Origin: Actinomycetes bacterium
GTDB taxonomy: Bacteria; Actinomycetota; Thermoleophilia; BMS3ABIN01
NCBI GenBank assembly: GCA_021791195.1
Contig: JAJYXB010000008.1
Coordinates: forward strand, 10,921-74,920
Reading direction: 5' to 3'
Length of the DNA stretch: 64,000 nt
The notes under the pieces are model-generated. The model made no database searches and was not told where the DNA came from. It saw nothing but the letters and a program-made list of their open reading frames with translations. Shown here piece after piece: positions 26,267-36,426 of the stretch. The translations under genes and the position numbers were made by a program. The first letter of the stretch is position 1. Each line of letters opens with the position of its first letter.

Positions 26267-26941
26267 CTACGGCTCATATCCGGGCAGGAAGACCCAGAGG
26301 TCTTTTGTTATGAGCCACTGGCTATTATCTAACTCCAGGGTGACCGTATGCTGCTCCGCGTTGCTACCACCGCCTTCATCACGATTATTATTGTAATCCA
26401 TATAGTAGGTTTCGCTATATATATCTACGACCACGGTTGCTTTATCGCCCTGGACTGAGATCCCCTTATAATCCATCTTTGTGATTGTGCTTTCGGATCT
26501 GCCCACGCCGGCTGCGGCCGATTGCATTTCCACGTCGATGGTGTGCTGTCTCTTTTGTAATTCGCCAGAGGCAGCACTAAAATACCTGTTAAGATTATCC
26601 TTTAATTCCTGACTACGGCCTCGATTCTCATATAGCAACGTATCTCTCTCCGCTTGAAAAGCATCATGGACGACTTGCATTAGTTGCTCCCAGGTCTTTG
26701 GATCACCCGCCCATTCACGATCGCTCGGGTCATATTTTGGGGGCGCCTCAGCCAGAATGTTGGCAGTATCTTTTCGCCCCTCGACTGTAAAAGTCTGACC
26801 ATTTTTTTTAACTGTAAATACTTTAATATTTTGCTGATATGTGTCGCTGGCAGCGCTGTCTGCATGGTGAATTAAAAAAAGCGTCAAGGCCAAAGCTCCT
26901 GCCAAAAATGTCGCTATTAGTGCAATTATTATTTTTCTCAT
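26267..26941 (-). CDS. Hypothetical exported protein (signal-anchor) within the lower-GC insert
   Basis: 224-aa ORF with an N-terminal hydrophobic signal and AT-rich codon usage unlike the host genes. Confidence 0.5.
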   Translation of the reverse strand: MRKIIIALIATFLAGALALTLFLIHHADSAASDTYQQNIKVFTVKKNGQTFTVEGRKDTANILAEAPPKYDPSDREWAGDPKTWEQLMQVVHDAFQAERDTLLYENRGRSQELKDNLNRYFSAASGELQKRQHTIDVEMQSAAAGVGRSESTITKMDYKGISVQGDKATVVVDIYSETYYMDYNNNRDEGGGSNAEQHTVTLELDNSQWLITKDLWVFLPGYEP

Positions 26942-26958
26942 CTATTTTCCTGGCGGAT

Positions 26959-27192
26959 TCAAGTCTGAAGTGCAACGGTTAACATGGTTGACGTTTTGAA
27001 TAATACTTCATACGGAGTTTTGAATCCAAGCTTTTTCCTAGGCCTATGATTCAATCGATGCTCGGCCTCGGCGATCTCGTCGTTGGTGATAGTGGTAAAG
27101 TCGTGCTTCTTGGGGGAGTATTGCCGGATGAGCCCGTTGGTGTTCTCGTTTAGACCCCGCTCCCAGGAAGAGTAGGGATGGGCAAGATGCAC
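26959..27192 (-). mobile_element. IS30-family transposase C-terminal remnant (truncated pseudogene)
   Basis: HPYSSWERGLNENTNGLIRQY...RPRKKLGFKTPYEV matches the IS30 integrase-core C-terminus. The DDE core and N-terminus are absent. Confidence 0.7.
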
Positions 27193-27253
27193 GAGAAGCA
27201 GATGGACATCCTGCGCTGCCTGGCGAGCAGATAGCAGGCAGACACAATCCGGG

Positions 27254-27278
27254 CGCCCGGGTCTTATTACAGCAGCAG
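27254..27278. repeat. 25-bp direct repeat, right copy; contains the queA stop codon
   Basis: Identical to 25893-25917. Confidence 0.75.
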
Positions 27279-28286
27279 CATCGCGTCGCCGAAGCTGAAG
27301 AAGCGGTAGCGCTCCCTGACCGCCTCGCCGTACAGCCGCCGGGTCTCATCCTCGCCGGCAAATGCCATCACCAGCGCCAGCAGGGTCGATCGGGGCAGAT
27401 GAAAATTGGTCAGCAGGGCATCCACGGCCCGGAACCTGAAACCGGGCGTGATGAACAGATCGGTGTCGCCCGCGAGCGGGCGCGGCGGTTCGCTGAAGAC
27501 CGTTTCCAGCGTGCGCACCGCGGTAGTGCCCACGGCCACAACCCTGCCGCCGCGTAGCTTCGCTTCCAGGATAGCCTTATAGCTCCCGGCAGGCACGCTG
27601 TAGCTCTCGCTGTGGATGGCGTGCAGCGAAAGATCGTCCTCGCTCACCGGACGGAAGGTGTCCAGACCGACGTGCAGTGTCACCGGAGCCAGCGCCACTC
27701 CCTGGGCTTTTATGTCAGAGATCAGCTCCTCAGTAAAGTGAAGCCCGGCGGTGGGCGCCGCTGCCGAGCCCGGCTCCCGCGCGTAGACCGTCTGGTAGCG
27801 CTCCGGCTCCCTGAGCTTCTCCCTGATGTACGGCGGCAGCGGCATCTCGCCGACCTGCTCCAGCAGCTCCCCCGTCGCCAGCCGGCTGCGGTTCCGGACC
27901 AGCCAGCGGCCCTCACCCAGCCGCCGCTGCAGCTCGAAGACCGGTTCGGACTCCGTGTCGACTTCAAGCCGCATGCCCTCGCTCAACCGGGCGGAGGGCT
28001 TCAGCAGCGCCTCCCAGATCTTTGCCTGCCGCCGGCGCAGAAAGAGGATCTCGACGCGGCCACCCGTGGGCTTGCGGGCGAAAACCCGCGCCCGCAGCAC
28101 GCGCGACTCGTTGTAGGCAAGGATATCCCCCGGGCTCAGGAAAGCCGGCAGGTCGCGCATCTTCCGGTGCTGCAGCCGGCCGCTGGCGCGCTCCCAGACC
28201 ATCAGGCGGCTGCTGTCGCGGGGGACCAGCGGATGCTGCGCGATCAGCTCCGGAGGCAGGTGGTAGTCCAGCTCGCTGGTGAGCAC
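27267..28286 (-). CDS. queA: S-adenosylmethionine:tRNA ribosyltransferase-isomerase
   Basis: QueA family N-terminus MLTSELDYHLPPELIAQHP and full-length similarity. Confidence 0.95.
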   Translation of the reverse strand: MLTSELDYHLPPELIAQHPLVPRDSSRLMVWERASGRLQHRKMRDLPAFLSPGDILAYNESRVLRARVFARKPTGGRVEILFLRRRQAKIWEALLKPSARLSEGMRLEVDTESEPVFELQRRLGEGRWLVRNRSRLATGELLEQVGEMPLPPYIREKLREPERYQTVYAREPGSAAAPTAGLHFTEELISDIKAQGVALAPVTLHVGLDTFRPVSEDDLSLHAIHSESYSVPAGSYKAILEAKLRGGRVVAVGTTAVRTLETVFSEPPRPLAGDTDLFITPGFRFRAVDALLTNFHLPRSTLLALVMAFAGEDETRRLYGEAVRERYRFFSFGDAMLLL

Positions 28287-28289
28287 GGC

Positions 28290-28859
28290 TTACGTCCGCC
28301 CGCTGGACGCCGGCTTCGCCCGCCGCGGCTTCGCGGCCGCTTCCGCCTCGCTGTAGATGCAGCCGCAATATTTCTGCCGGTAGAGCCCGGCCGCGCGCGC
28401 AAGCTCGATGCTGCGGCGGTATGCCGGCCTCAGATCGCGGTAAGCGAACCCGACCCCCGCCTCCCGGCCGGCGCGCTCGCCTTCTTCCCGGATGATCTCG
28501 TGCTGCTGGTAAGGGCTCACCAGCAGCGACGTGCTGAATCCACTCATGCCGGTGGCGGCGGCCAGCTGCGCCGTGTGCTCCAGCCGCTGGCGGATGCAGA
28601 GGCGGCAGCGCGCCGGACCGGTGTCGTTGCCGGCCACCATCCGCAGCCAGGTTGTGACATCATATTCCGGCTCACCGATCAACGGCAGCCGGATCTTGCT
28701 GGCGTAAGCCAGCAGCGTATCGTAGCGGCGCTGGTGCTCGCCCAGCGGCTGGATGTTGGGGTTGAAATAGACGCCGGTCAGCCGGACGCCGTCCTGCCGC
28801 CAGGCCTCGACAGTGGCGGTGGAGCAGGGCGCGCAGCAGATGTGAAGCAGCAGATCCAT
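28290..28859 (-). CDS. queH: Epoxyqueuosine reductase QueH (DUF208)
   Basis: LLLHICCAPCS and CGCIYS Cys motifs. The ORF extends to 28895, but the conserved start is MDLLLH at 28859. Confidence 0.85.
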   Translation of the reverse strand: MDLLLHICCAPCSTATVEAWRQDGVRLTGVYFNPNIQPLGEHQRRYDTLLAYASKIRLPLIGEPEYDVTTWLRMVAGNDTGPARCRLCIRQRLEHTAQLAAATGMSGFSTSLLVSPYQQHEIIREEGERAGREAGVGFAYRDLRPAYRRSIELARAAGLYRQKYCGCIYSEAEAAAKPRRAKPASSGRT

Positions 28860-29000
28860 TGTCCGTAAAAGAGGATTCCCTGCAAATTCTAGCAAAGCCC
28901 GGCGCCAGCGGTAACAGCGGCGTCACTTCCTTTTTCCGCATCCGGAAGGGACACGGCTCCTCCGTCCGCCGGCGGCTCCCCCGGCAGTACCGCGGCAGTT

Positions 29001-30152
29001 TTGACTTTCCAGGACCGTTTCGCTAATCTCATCTGGTTCGTGACTCCTTCCGGAAAGAAGCTCGCCTCGATACCCGGCCGATACAACAGATGGATAACTG
29101 TAAGCCTGATTATTCTTCTGGTACTTGCCATCGTGTTTGTCGCCTGGGCAGTCTGGCGCTCGCGGCAGCAGCCGGCGGCGACCGTCGCCACCGTGGCGAC
29201 AGCCACAACCGCCACCACACCGCCTCCGCCTGCGCCGCTTACCTATAGCTGCCCGCTCGACGGCTCCCAGACCACCGACCGGAGCAACACCATGAACCGG
29301 CCGCTGGTGGTGCAGATCGACAACGCGCCCGCGGCGCGGCCGCAAGCGGGCCTGAGCCAGGCCGATATCGTCTACGAGGAGATGGCTGAAGGGCAGATCA
29401 CCCGCTACAACGCCGTCTTCGCCTGCCATGACGCCGCCAGCGTGGGTCCGGTCAGGAGTGCGCGGCTGATCGACCTGGAGCTGACGCCCGAATACGGCGC
29501 CCTGCTGGTTAATTCCGGCTCCAGCCAGGGCACGGCCGCCAGGCTGAGGGCCGCCGCCGCATACGTTCCCAACATGACCGACAGCAGCTTTCCCGCCGCC
29601 TTTCACCGCGTCAACGACCGCTTCGCGCCGCACAACCTGATGACCAGCACAGCGGCGCTGCGCAAAGCCGCCGCCAACGGAGGCCTGTCCGTGCAGGCGA
29701 ACATCGTGGGACCGACGTTCAAAGCGGACTCGCCCCCGGCCCAGGCCCAGGTCACCAAAATCTCGGTCCCCTACTCGCCCTGGGCCAGCGTCAGCTACAC
29801 ATACGACGCCGGCAGCAACAGCTGGCTGCGCTCCGTGGACGGCCAGCAGCAGAAGGACGCCGCCAACGACCAGCGGATCGCGCCCAAGAACGTCATCATC
29901 CAGTACGTGCGGGTGACTACCAGCAATATCGTCGAGGATGCCAGTGGCGAGCGGGGTCTGGACTTCACCCTGACGGGCAGCGGCAAGGTGCTGGTCTTCC
30001 GGGACGGGCAGGTAATCAGCGGTCAGTGGCAGCGGCCCGGGAGGGATGACGTCACAACTTACGTGGATGCCAGCGGCCAACCGATCCCGCTGGACGTGGG
30101 GCAGACCTGGGTACAGGTGGTGCCGACGGATTTCAAGGCCAGCTGGAGCTAG
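29001..30152 (+). CDS. DUF3048 (YerB-like) membrane-anchored lipoprotein-like protein
   Basis: N-terminal TM helix, a TVATVATATTATT low-complexity linker, then DUF3048-like N- and C-terminal domains. Confidence 0.7.
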   Translation: MTFQDRFANLIWFVTPSGKKLASIPGRYNRWITVSLIILLVLAIVFVAWAVWRSRQQPAATVATVATATTATTPPPPAPLTYSCPLDGSQTTDRSNTMNRPLVVQIDNAPAARPQAGLSQADIVYEEMAEGQITRYNAVFACHDAASVGPVRSARLIDLELTPEYGALLVNSGSSQGTAARLRAAAAYVPNMTDSSFPAAFHRVNDRFAPHNLMTSTAALRKAAANGGLSVQANIVGPTFKADSPPAQAQVTKISVPYSPWASVSYTYDAGSNSWLRSVDGQQQKDAANDQRIAPKNVIIQYVRVTTSNIVEDASGERGLDFTLTGSGKVLVFRDGQVISGQWQRPGRDDVTTYVDASGQPIPLDVGQTWVQVVPTDFKASWS

Positions 30153-30163
30153 GCAAGGAAGCT

Positions 30164-32530
30164 TCAGTTCCCCGTATCCAGCTCCGGCTTGCCGGTCGCC
30201 AGCACGCTTTCGGGCGCACCGGCCTCTTCCTCAACCGCGGCGGCATCCCGCCGGCAGAGTTTCGACGGCCACCAGTTCCACCTTCCCAGCAGCACCACCA
30301 CGGACGGCACCAGCAGCGTGCGGACGAAGAACGTGTCGAGCATGATGCCGAAGGCGATGGCGAAGCCGATCTGCTCCACCTGCGGGTTGCCACCGCTGAT
30401 GCCCAGCACGAAAAAGGTGCCGGCCAGTATCAGTCCGGCCGATGTGACAGTGCCGCCGGTGACGCTGATGGCCCTGGCCACCGCGTCGCGCAGCGATACA
30501 TGGTTGTGGGCCTCTTCGCGGATGCGGCTCATCACCAGGATGTTGTAATCCTCGCCTAATGCCATGGAAAAGACGAACATCAAAAACGGCAGGATGAAGT
30601 TGAGTCCTCCCTGCCCGCCCCAGTGGACGAACACGATCATCGCGAACCCCAGTGAAGAAATGTAGGAAAGGCCGACGGTCGCGATCAGATACCAGGGGGC
30701 GACCAGGCTTCTCAACATCACCGCCAGCAGCGCCGCGATGATCACCAGGACGATCGGGACGATGCGCCACAGGTCAGAGGTGGCCGCGCTGCTGACGTCG
30801 AAGGCGGCGGCATCCTGGCCGGCCACGCCGTTTTTGGCGGCGCCGACATCAGCCGCGACCCGGTTCAGCTGCGCCCGCACATCCGGGACCGCATGCATCG
30901 CCTCACTGGAGCCGGAGGCGCCCGCGCTCAGCTGGCCGTAAAACTGCACCGTGCGGCCATCCGGGCTGATGAACTGCGCCGTCGAACGGTAGAGCTGGTA
31001 GACCTGGATGGGCGTAACACCGGCAGGTAATTTCAGCTCCGCGAGCGATTTCAGTCCCGGAGAAGGCACTGGCGGCAGCGAAGCCGCCGGACCCAGCAGC
31101 TCATGCAGACGCGACAGCTGCTGCGGCGTCAGCGATGCCTTGCCGCCGGCAAAGGGTCCGCCGACGGTGCTGAACACCGGCGAGGCCTTCAGCTCCTGCT
31201 CCGCGGTGACCACGACGGCGAGGTTGTTCCAGACCGGCTGGCTGAAAGTGAGCAGCAGGCTCTCGGGATTGTTGTTGGCCGCCGGGAAATGCCTGGCGAG
31301 AACCGCCGTTCCCTGGGCGGAGTCGCTGCCGGAGCTGTTGGAGCTGTTGTCGGAGAAGCCGGTCGTCTGGTAGCCGGCGATACCGGCCGCCAGAGCGCCG
31401 AACAGGACGATGCCGAGAATCAGCGTCACCACAGGATGCCTGACGATGCGTACCGCCAGCCGGCCCCAGAGCCCGCTCTTCTGCGGCCGCTTCAGGTTGG
31501 ACGGCCAGAAAACCGCCCGGCCGAACACCGCCAGCAAGGCCGGAAGAAAGGTTAGCGCCGCCAGCAGCATCACGGCCAGCCCGATTGCCAGCCCCGGGCC
31601 GATCCCCTTGTAGATGCCAAAAGTGGCCAGCAGCAGGCTCAGCAGCGCCGCCATGACGGTAAAAGCGGAAAAAGTAATCGATTCACCCACGCGCGACATC
31701 GCCCGGACCACCGCGTCCCTGGGCGCCAGTCCGCGGCGCAGCTCCTCGCGGACACGGAATACCAGGAACAGGCCGTAGTCGGTGCCCGCTCCCAGGATGA
31801 GCACGATCAGCAGGATCTGCGTGATCTCTGAAACCTGCAGCCCCAGCTTGGTGGACTCGGCGATCAGCGGCCCGGAAAGCGCCAGCGAGATGCCCGCCGG
31901 CAGCAGCGTCACCAGCGGCGCCATCAGCGAGCGGTAGACGATCAGCAGCAAGATGATGATCAGCAGGATCGAATAGTTCTGGGCGGAGCTGCGGGAACGG
32001 TCGCCGGTAGCGTTGGCATCCACTGACTGCGCCAGCCTGCCGGTGAGGTGGAAAGCCAGTCCCGGCGGCGCTCCAACCTGGTTGAAAGCAGCGCGGATAC
32101 TGGAGACGACTGCCTGGGCCCCGGCGCCGAAATCAGCGTTGACGCCCACCATCGCCTCACCGGCCTGGCCGTCCGCCGAAACCCCCTGGTCGCGCACGGT
32201 GCTGACTTCGGGGATCCTGGTCACAGCCTGCTCCAGGCGCGTGACCGCCTGCTGGTCCGCCGCAGTCAGCGGACCCGATGCCCGCTCCACGACGATAGTC
32301 GACGTCGAAGTGGTCTGCTTGCCCTGGAATGGCCCTGCCTGCTGCGCCGCCTGCACGCTGGGCGAACCGGCCGGCAGGAACTGCGAGTTGTTGGACTGGG
32401 TGACGCTTGACAGGGACGGCAGCTTCTTGATCACCACCGGCACGGCGATGATCCAGGCGGCGATCACCAGCCAGCGGAAGCGGACGGAAAAACGGGCGAG
32501 GGCGCTAAACACGGGCGCTCCTCGCATCAC
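30164..32530 (-). CDS. MMPL/RND-superfamily membrane transporter (MmpL/YdfJ-like)
   Basis: 788-aa product with two 6-TM bundles, each following a soluble loop. Confidence 0.9.
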   Translation of the reverse strand: MMRGAPVFSALARFSVRFRWLVIAAWIIAVPVVIKKLPSLSSVTQSNNSQFLPAGSPSVQAAQQAGPFQGKQTTSTSTIVVERASGPLTAADQQAVTRLEQAVTRIPEVSTVRDQGVSADGQAGEAMVGVNADFGAGAQAVVSSIRAAFNQVGAPPGLAFHLTGRLAQSVDANATGDRSRSSAQNYSILLIIILLLIVYRSLMAPLVTLLPAGISLALSGPLIAESTKLGLQVSEITQILLIVLILGAGTDYGLFLVFRVREELRRGLAPRDAVVRAMSRVGESITFSAFTVMAALLSLLLATFGIYKGIGPGLAIGLAVMLLAALTFLPALLAVFGRAVFWPSNLKRPQKSGLWGRLAVRIVRHPVVTLILGIVLFGALAAGIAGYQTTGFSDNSSNSSGSDSAQGTAVLARHFPAANNNPESLLLTFSQPVWNNLAVVVTAEQELKASPVFSTVGGPFAGGKASLTPQQLSRLHELLGPAASLPPVPSPGLKSLAELKLPAGVTPIQVYQLYRSTAQFISPDGRTVQFYGQLSAGASGSSEAMHAVPDVRAQLNRVAADVGAAKNGVAGQDAAAFDVSSAATSDLWRIVPIVLVIIAALLAVMLRSLVAPWYLIATVGLSYISSLGFAMIVFVHWGGQGGLNFILPFLMFVFSMALGEDYNILVMSRIREEAHNHVSLRDAVARAISVTGGTVTSAGLILAGTFFVLGISGGNPQVEQIGFAIAFGIMLDTFFVRTLLVPSVVVLLGRWNWWPSKLCRRDAAAVEEEAGAPESVLATGKPELDTGN

Positions 32531-32671
32531 TCACAGTCAAGATCGATACCCTCCGGAGATATTGTGCGCAGGAATTACTCGCAGCATTATAAATCGGCAT
32601 TGTTAACAATGTGTAAAATGAGGCGCGGCCGGCCAAATCCGCGGGGCAGCGCCAGGGCGCCGTCACCCTGG

Positions 32672-33730
32672 CTAGAAAAGCTTCTCCTCCGCGGCCGGCG
32701 CCTCCCTGCCCTGTCCGCCCGCCGTACCGGGCGTCGTGGCGTCCAGATGCTCGTAGGCCAGCCGCGTGACGACGCGGCCGCGCGGGGTCCGTTTCAGCAT
32801 GCCGCGCTGCAGCAGATAGGGTTCGTAGACATCCTCGATGGTGTCCCGTTCCTCGCCCACCGCCACCGCCAGCGTACTCAGACCGACAGGGCCGCCGTCG
32901 AACTTCTCGATGATCAGCCGCAGGATCTCCCGGTCGACCTTGTCCAGACCCTCGCCGTCCACTTCCAGCAACCCGAGCGCGCTGCGGGCGATGTCGCGGG
33001 TGATGCGGCCTTCGGCTTTCACCTGCGCGTAATCGCGTACGCGCCTGAGCAGCCGGTTGCAGACGCGCGGCGTGCCCCGGGAGCGGCTGGCGATCTCCAT
33101 CAGGCCGTCCGCCTCGGCTTCGACCCCAAGAATGGACGCGGAACGAGCGGCTATTTTTGACAGTTCTGCCGCATTGTAATACTCCAGCCGGTGGGTGACG
33201 CCAAAGCGGTCTCTCAGCGGCGTGGTGATCAGTCCGGCGCGCGTGGTGGCGCCAACCATGGTGAACGGCGGCACGTCCAGGCGGATGGTGCGGGCGCTGG
33301 GACCCTGGCCGATGATGATGTCCAGCTGGTAGTCCTCCATCGCCGGGTAGAGCACCTCTTCCACCGAGCGGCCCAGGCGGTGGATCTCGTCGATGAAGAG
33401 GATGTCACCTTCCTGCAAATTAGTCAAAATCGCGGCAATGTCGGCCTTGCGCTCCAGCGCCGGACCGGACGTGGTGCGGATCGAGACGCCCATCTCGCCG
33501 GCGATGATGCCCGCCAGTGTCGTCTTGCCCAGGCCGGGCGGTCCCACCAGCAGCACGTGGTCAAGCGCCTCGCGGCGCCCCTGCGCCGCCTCGATGAAGA
33601 TCGACAACTGATCCCGGACGCTGTCCTGCCCGATGAAATCGTTGAAGCTGCGCGGCCTGAGGGAGACTTCCAACTCCTCTTCCTCCAGCCGCACCTCCGG
33701 GTCTGACAGGCGGATTTCGTCGTCATTCAT
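32672..33730 (-). CDS. ruvB: Holliday junction ATP-dependent DNA helicase RuvB
   Basis: Walker A ([11 protein letters not shown]), sensor motifs and the RuvB C-terminal winged helix. Confidence 0.95.
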   Translation of the reverse strand: MNDDEIRLSDPEVRLEEEELEVSLRPRSFNDFIGQDSVRDQLSIFIEAAQGRREALDHVLLVGPPGLGKTTLAGIIAGEMGVSIRTTSGPALERKADIAAILTNLQEGDILFIDEIHRLGRSVEEVLYPAMEDYQLDIIIGQGPSARTIRLDVPPFTMVGATTRAGLITTPLRDRFGVTHRLEYYNAAELSKIAARSASILGVEAEADGLMEIASRSRGTPRVCNRLLRRVRDYAQVKAEGRITRDIARSALGLLEVDGEGLDKVDREILRLIIEKFDGGPVGLSTLAVAVGEERDTIEDVYEPYLLQRGMLKRTPRGRVVTRLAYEHLDATTPGTAGGQGREAPAAEEKLF

Positions 33731-33894
33731 TATCTGAATTTCTTTCGCAGCGCATGATTTCTCTTTGCTGATTGCCGCATATCTCTGAAGTACTCCTTCT
33801 TATTCCTGTCAGTTAGTGAAAGATAAAGAAAACATATCAATGGTGAACCAACGATCAAGCCAGCGATTATTCCAATGAATTGAGGGAATGGCAT
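33730..33894 (-). CDS. Small AT-rich ORF encoding a 54-aa single-TM peptide between ruvA and ruvB
   Basis: ATG at 33894 lies 2 nt after the ruvA stop (TAAAATG). Its TAA stop overlaps the ruvB ATG (TAATG). About 38% GC against a ~65% genome. Confidence 0.4.
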   Translation of the reverse strand: MPFPQFIGIIAGLIVGSPLICFLYLSLTDRNKKEYFRDMRQSAKRNHALRKKFR

Positions 33895-33895
33895 T

Positions 33896-34483
33896 TTACG
33901 CTCGACCAATCCGTTGTAGCGCAACCCGGATCAGTTCTTCAACCGGCTCATGGGGGTCGGCGCCCGCCAGCGCCGCCTCCGCCTCGCCGAAGTTGTATCC
34001 CAGGCTGATGAGCGCCTCGCGCGCCAGGCAGTAGCCGCCAGCGCCCGCGGCCTGGCCGCCGTCCGCGGCTGCCGCGACCGGCTGGCCCACCTTGTCCTTC
34101 AGCTCCAGCACCAGCCGTTCGGCGGTTTTCTTGCCGATGCCGGAGATGCTCTGGAAGAGAGCCACGTCCCTGGCCGCAACCGCCCGCCTGAGATCATCAG
34201 GCCCGTAGGCCGAGAGCACGGCGATGGCCACCTTCGGCCCCACACCAGAGACGCCCTTGAGCAATTCGAAAAAGTCGCGCTCCTCGGCCTCGACGAAACC
34301 GTAGAGGCTGAGGACGTCCTCGCGGACGTACAGATATGTGTGGACAAAAACTTCATTGATGGCATCGCCCAGAAAGGAAAGGCTGCGCCCGGACATGGTC
34401 AGCCGGTAGCCGACACCGCCGACATCGAGCACGATGCCTTCGGCGTCGCGCGCCTGGATCTTTCCTGTGAGAGAGGCGATCAT
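33896..34483 (-). CDS. ruvA: Holliday junction DNA helicase RuvA
   Basis: RuvA domains I-III (MIASLTGKI...GVGYRL...; HhH motifs GVGPKVA). Confidence 0.95.
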   Translation of the reverse strand: MIASLTGKIQARDAEGIVLDVGGVGYRLTMSGRSLSFLGDAINEVFVHTYLYVREDVLSLYGFVEAEERDFFELLKGVSGVGPKVAIAVLSAYGPDDLRRAVAARDVALFQSISGIGKKTAERLVLELKDKVGQPVAAAADGGQAAGAGGYCLAREALISLGYNFGEAEAALAGADPHEPVEELIRVALQRIGRA

Positions 34484-35058
34484 GACATCCCTCCGGCGGA
34501 AAAGCCCGGTCCGCCCGTCCGCCTGACCGGGCGCGGCTGCGCCGCCGCCAGCAGCGAATTTGATTGCATGGAATGGGCGTGACAGATTGCGACCGCAAGC
34601 GCGTCCGCGGCATGATCGGGGGAAGGCACCTTCGAAAGGCCCAGCAGCGCCTTTACCATCTGCTGCACCTGTGACTTGCTGGCGCGCCCGTAACCGACCA
34701 CCGCCTGCTTGATCCTCAGGGGAGTGTAGTCGTGCGGCGTGACGCCGCGCTCGGCGCAGGCCAGTACGGCCACGCCGCGCGCCTGGCCCACGGCCAGGGC
34801 CGTCTTCAGGTTGATGCCGCCGAAGAGTTCCTCGATGGCGGCCACCTCGGGATGATGTTCGTCGATCACTTCCAGCAACGCCCGGTGGATTTGCGAAAGG
34901 CGTTCGTGGCCGGCCTCACTGGCGGAGGTGACAATGCTGCCGTGTCCGATCAGCCGCGAGCGGCCCGCCTCATGCTCGATCACTCCCCAACCGGTTGCCG
35001 CGATGCCGGGATCGATGCCGAGCAGACGCACGGAGGAGCTTTTTTGTTTCAGGGCCAA
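34480..35058 (-). CDS. ruvC: Crossover junction endodeoxyribonuclease RuvC
   Basis: RNase H-like fold (LLGIDPGIAATGWGV...). Overlaps ruvA by 4 nt. Confidence 0.9.
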   Translation of the reverse strand: MALKQKSSSVRLLGIDPGIAATGWGVIEHEAGRSRLIGHGSIVTSASEAGHERLSQIHRALLEVIDEHHPEVAAIEELFGGINLKTALAVGQARGVAVLACAERGVTPHDYTPLRIKQAVVGYGRASKSQVQQMVKALLGLSKVPSPDHAADALAVAICHAHSMQSNSLLAAAQPRPVRRTGGPGFSAGGMS

Positions 35059-35152
35059 TCTGCCTACGCCTTTCTGTCAACCCTCGTTCCCGCGGCAAGT
35101 GCCGGACCGGAGCCGCGCGGCATCCTCGCGCGTCTCGCCGGCGCGCGGATGT

Positions 35153-35899
35153 TTACGCCAGCGCCTCCAGCACTTCCTCGCTGATGTCGAAGTTGGCGTG
35201 CACTTCCTGGACGTCGTCGTTGTCCTCCAGGGCGTCCATCAGCCGCATCATCTTCTTGGCGTCGCTCTGCTCGAGTTTGACCGTGGTCTTGGGGAGCATG
35301 GCCAGCTCAGCGGACTCGTAGGCGATGCCGGCGTCATCGATGGCCTGCCGCACGGTCATGAAATCGGCCGGGTCGGTGACGATCTCGTAGGTGCCCTCAT
35401 CCTGGTTGACGTCCTCGGCGCCGGCGTCGATGGCGGCCGTCATCAGCTCGTCCTCGTCGACCTTGCCGGCGTCCACGACGATCGAGCCCTTGCGCTCGAA
35501 CAGCCAGGCCACCGAGCCGGTCTCGCCCAGCTTGCCGCCGGTCTTGTTAAAGATGTTGCGCACGTCCGACGCGGTGCGGTTGCGGTTGTCGGTCATCGCC
35601 TCCACCAGCACGGCGACGCCGGCCGGTCCGTAGCCCTCATAGGTGATGGTCTCGTAGGACTCGCCGTCGCCGCCACCGGTGCCCTTGGCGATGGCGCGCT
35701 CGATGTTATCCTTCGGCATCGAGTTGTCCTTGGCCTTCTGGATGGCGGTCGCCAGCGTGGCGTTGCCGGCCGGGTCGCCGCCGCCCTCCTTGGCCGCCAC
35801 GGTGATGGCGCGCGAAAGCTTGGAAAAGAGCTTGCCGCGTTTGGTGTCAGCGGCGCCCTTCTTGTGTTTGATGGATGACCATTTGGAATGTCCGGACAC
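35153..35899 (-). CDS. yebC: YebC/PmpR-family transcriptional regulator
   Basis: [28 protein letters not shown] is the conserved YebC N-terminus. Confidence 0.95.
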   Translation of the reverse strand: MSGHSKWSSIKHKKGAADTKRGKLFSKLSRAITVAAKEGGGDPAGNATLATAIQKAKDNSMPKDNIERAIAKGTGGGDGESYETITYEGYGPAGVAVLVEAMTDNRNRTASDVRNIFNKTGGKLGETGSVAWLFERKGSIVVDAGKVDEDELMTAAIDAGAEDVNQDEGTYEIVTDPADFMTVRQAIDDAGIAYESAELAMLPKTTVKLEQSDAKKMMRLMDALEDNDDVQEVHANFDISEEVLEALA

Positions 35900-36156
35900 T
35901 TATTCCTCCGGGGTCGGATTGGCAGTTGCGGCGCGCGGGACCGCCGTAAGTGCCGCTGGCAGCCGCCGGCAAGCGCCGGAAATCGCTCAGGTAATAATAT
36001 AACAGAGGCGGCGGACGTGCAGAGCAGCCCTCAGCTCACGGAAGGATTAGACACTTACCTTGCCAAATTCGATAATTATCTTTTTTTGCAAGCATTGCCG
36101 CACGGGTCATGAAGCACATTCCACTACGGCGCACCCTAAGCCCGGACGGATAAACG

Positions 36157-36426
36157 TTAGCCCTCGATCTTCAGCTCCATGTCGGGAATCGCTGATGCGA
36201 TCCGCTTTAGTTGGTCCGCGCTGAAGCCGTTACCGTAAAGTCCCATGAAAATCTTCCCCTTCAGCTGCGCTGCGGTGATTCCCGGGTCTTGCCTCCTGAT
36301 GCCGATCTCCATCAGTTGCTTGGCCGTCTCGAACATGTCGCTGGCCATCTGAAGGCGCTCGGCGGGAGTGCGCTCGGTAAACATTGAGAGCCACAACTTC
36401 TCTACGGCGGGTGGGGTGTCACGCAT
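36157..36426 (-). CDS. Hypothetical 89-aa protein, partner of the upstream nucleotidyltransferase-fold gene
   Basis: Overlaps the upstream gene by 8 nt. Lower GC. No recognised domain. Confidence 0.4.
   Translation of the reverse strand: MRDTPPAVEKLWLSMFTERTPAERLQMASDMFETAKQLMEIGIRRQDPGITAAQLKGKIFMGLYGNGFSADQLKRIASAIPDMELKIEG

Noticed and set aside
33730-33924. 64-aa version of the ruvA-ruvB small ORF starting at TTG 33924
   Set aside because: That start lies 29 nt inside ruvA. The ATG at 33894, directly after the ruvA stop, gives a cleaner 54-aa coupled ORF.
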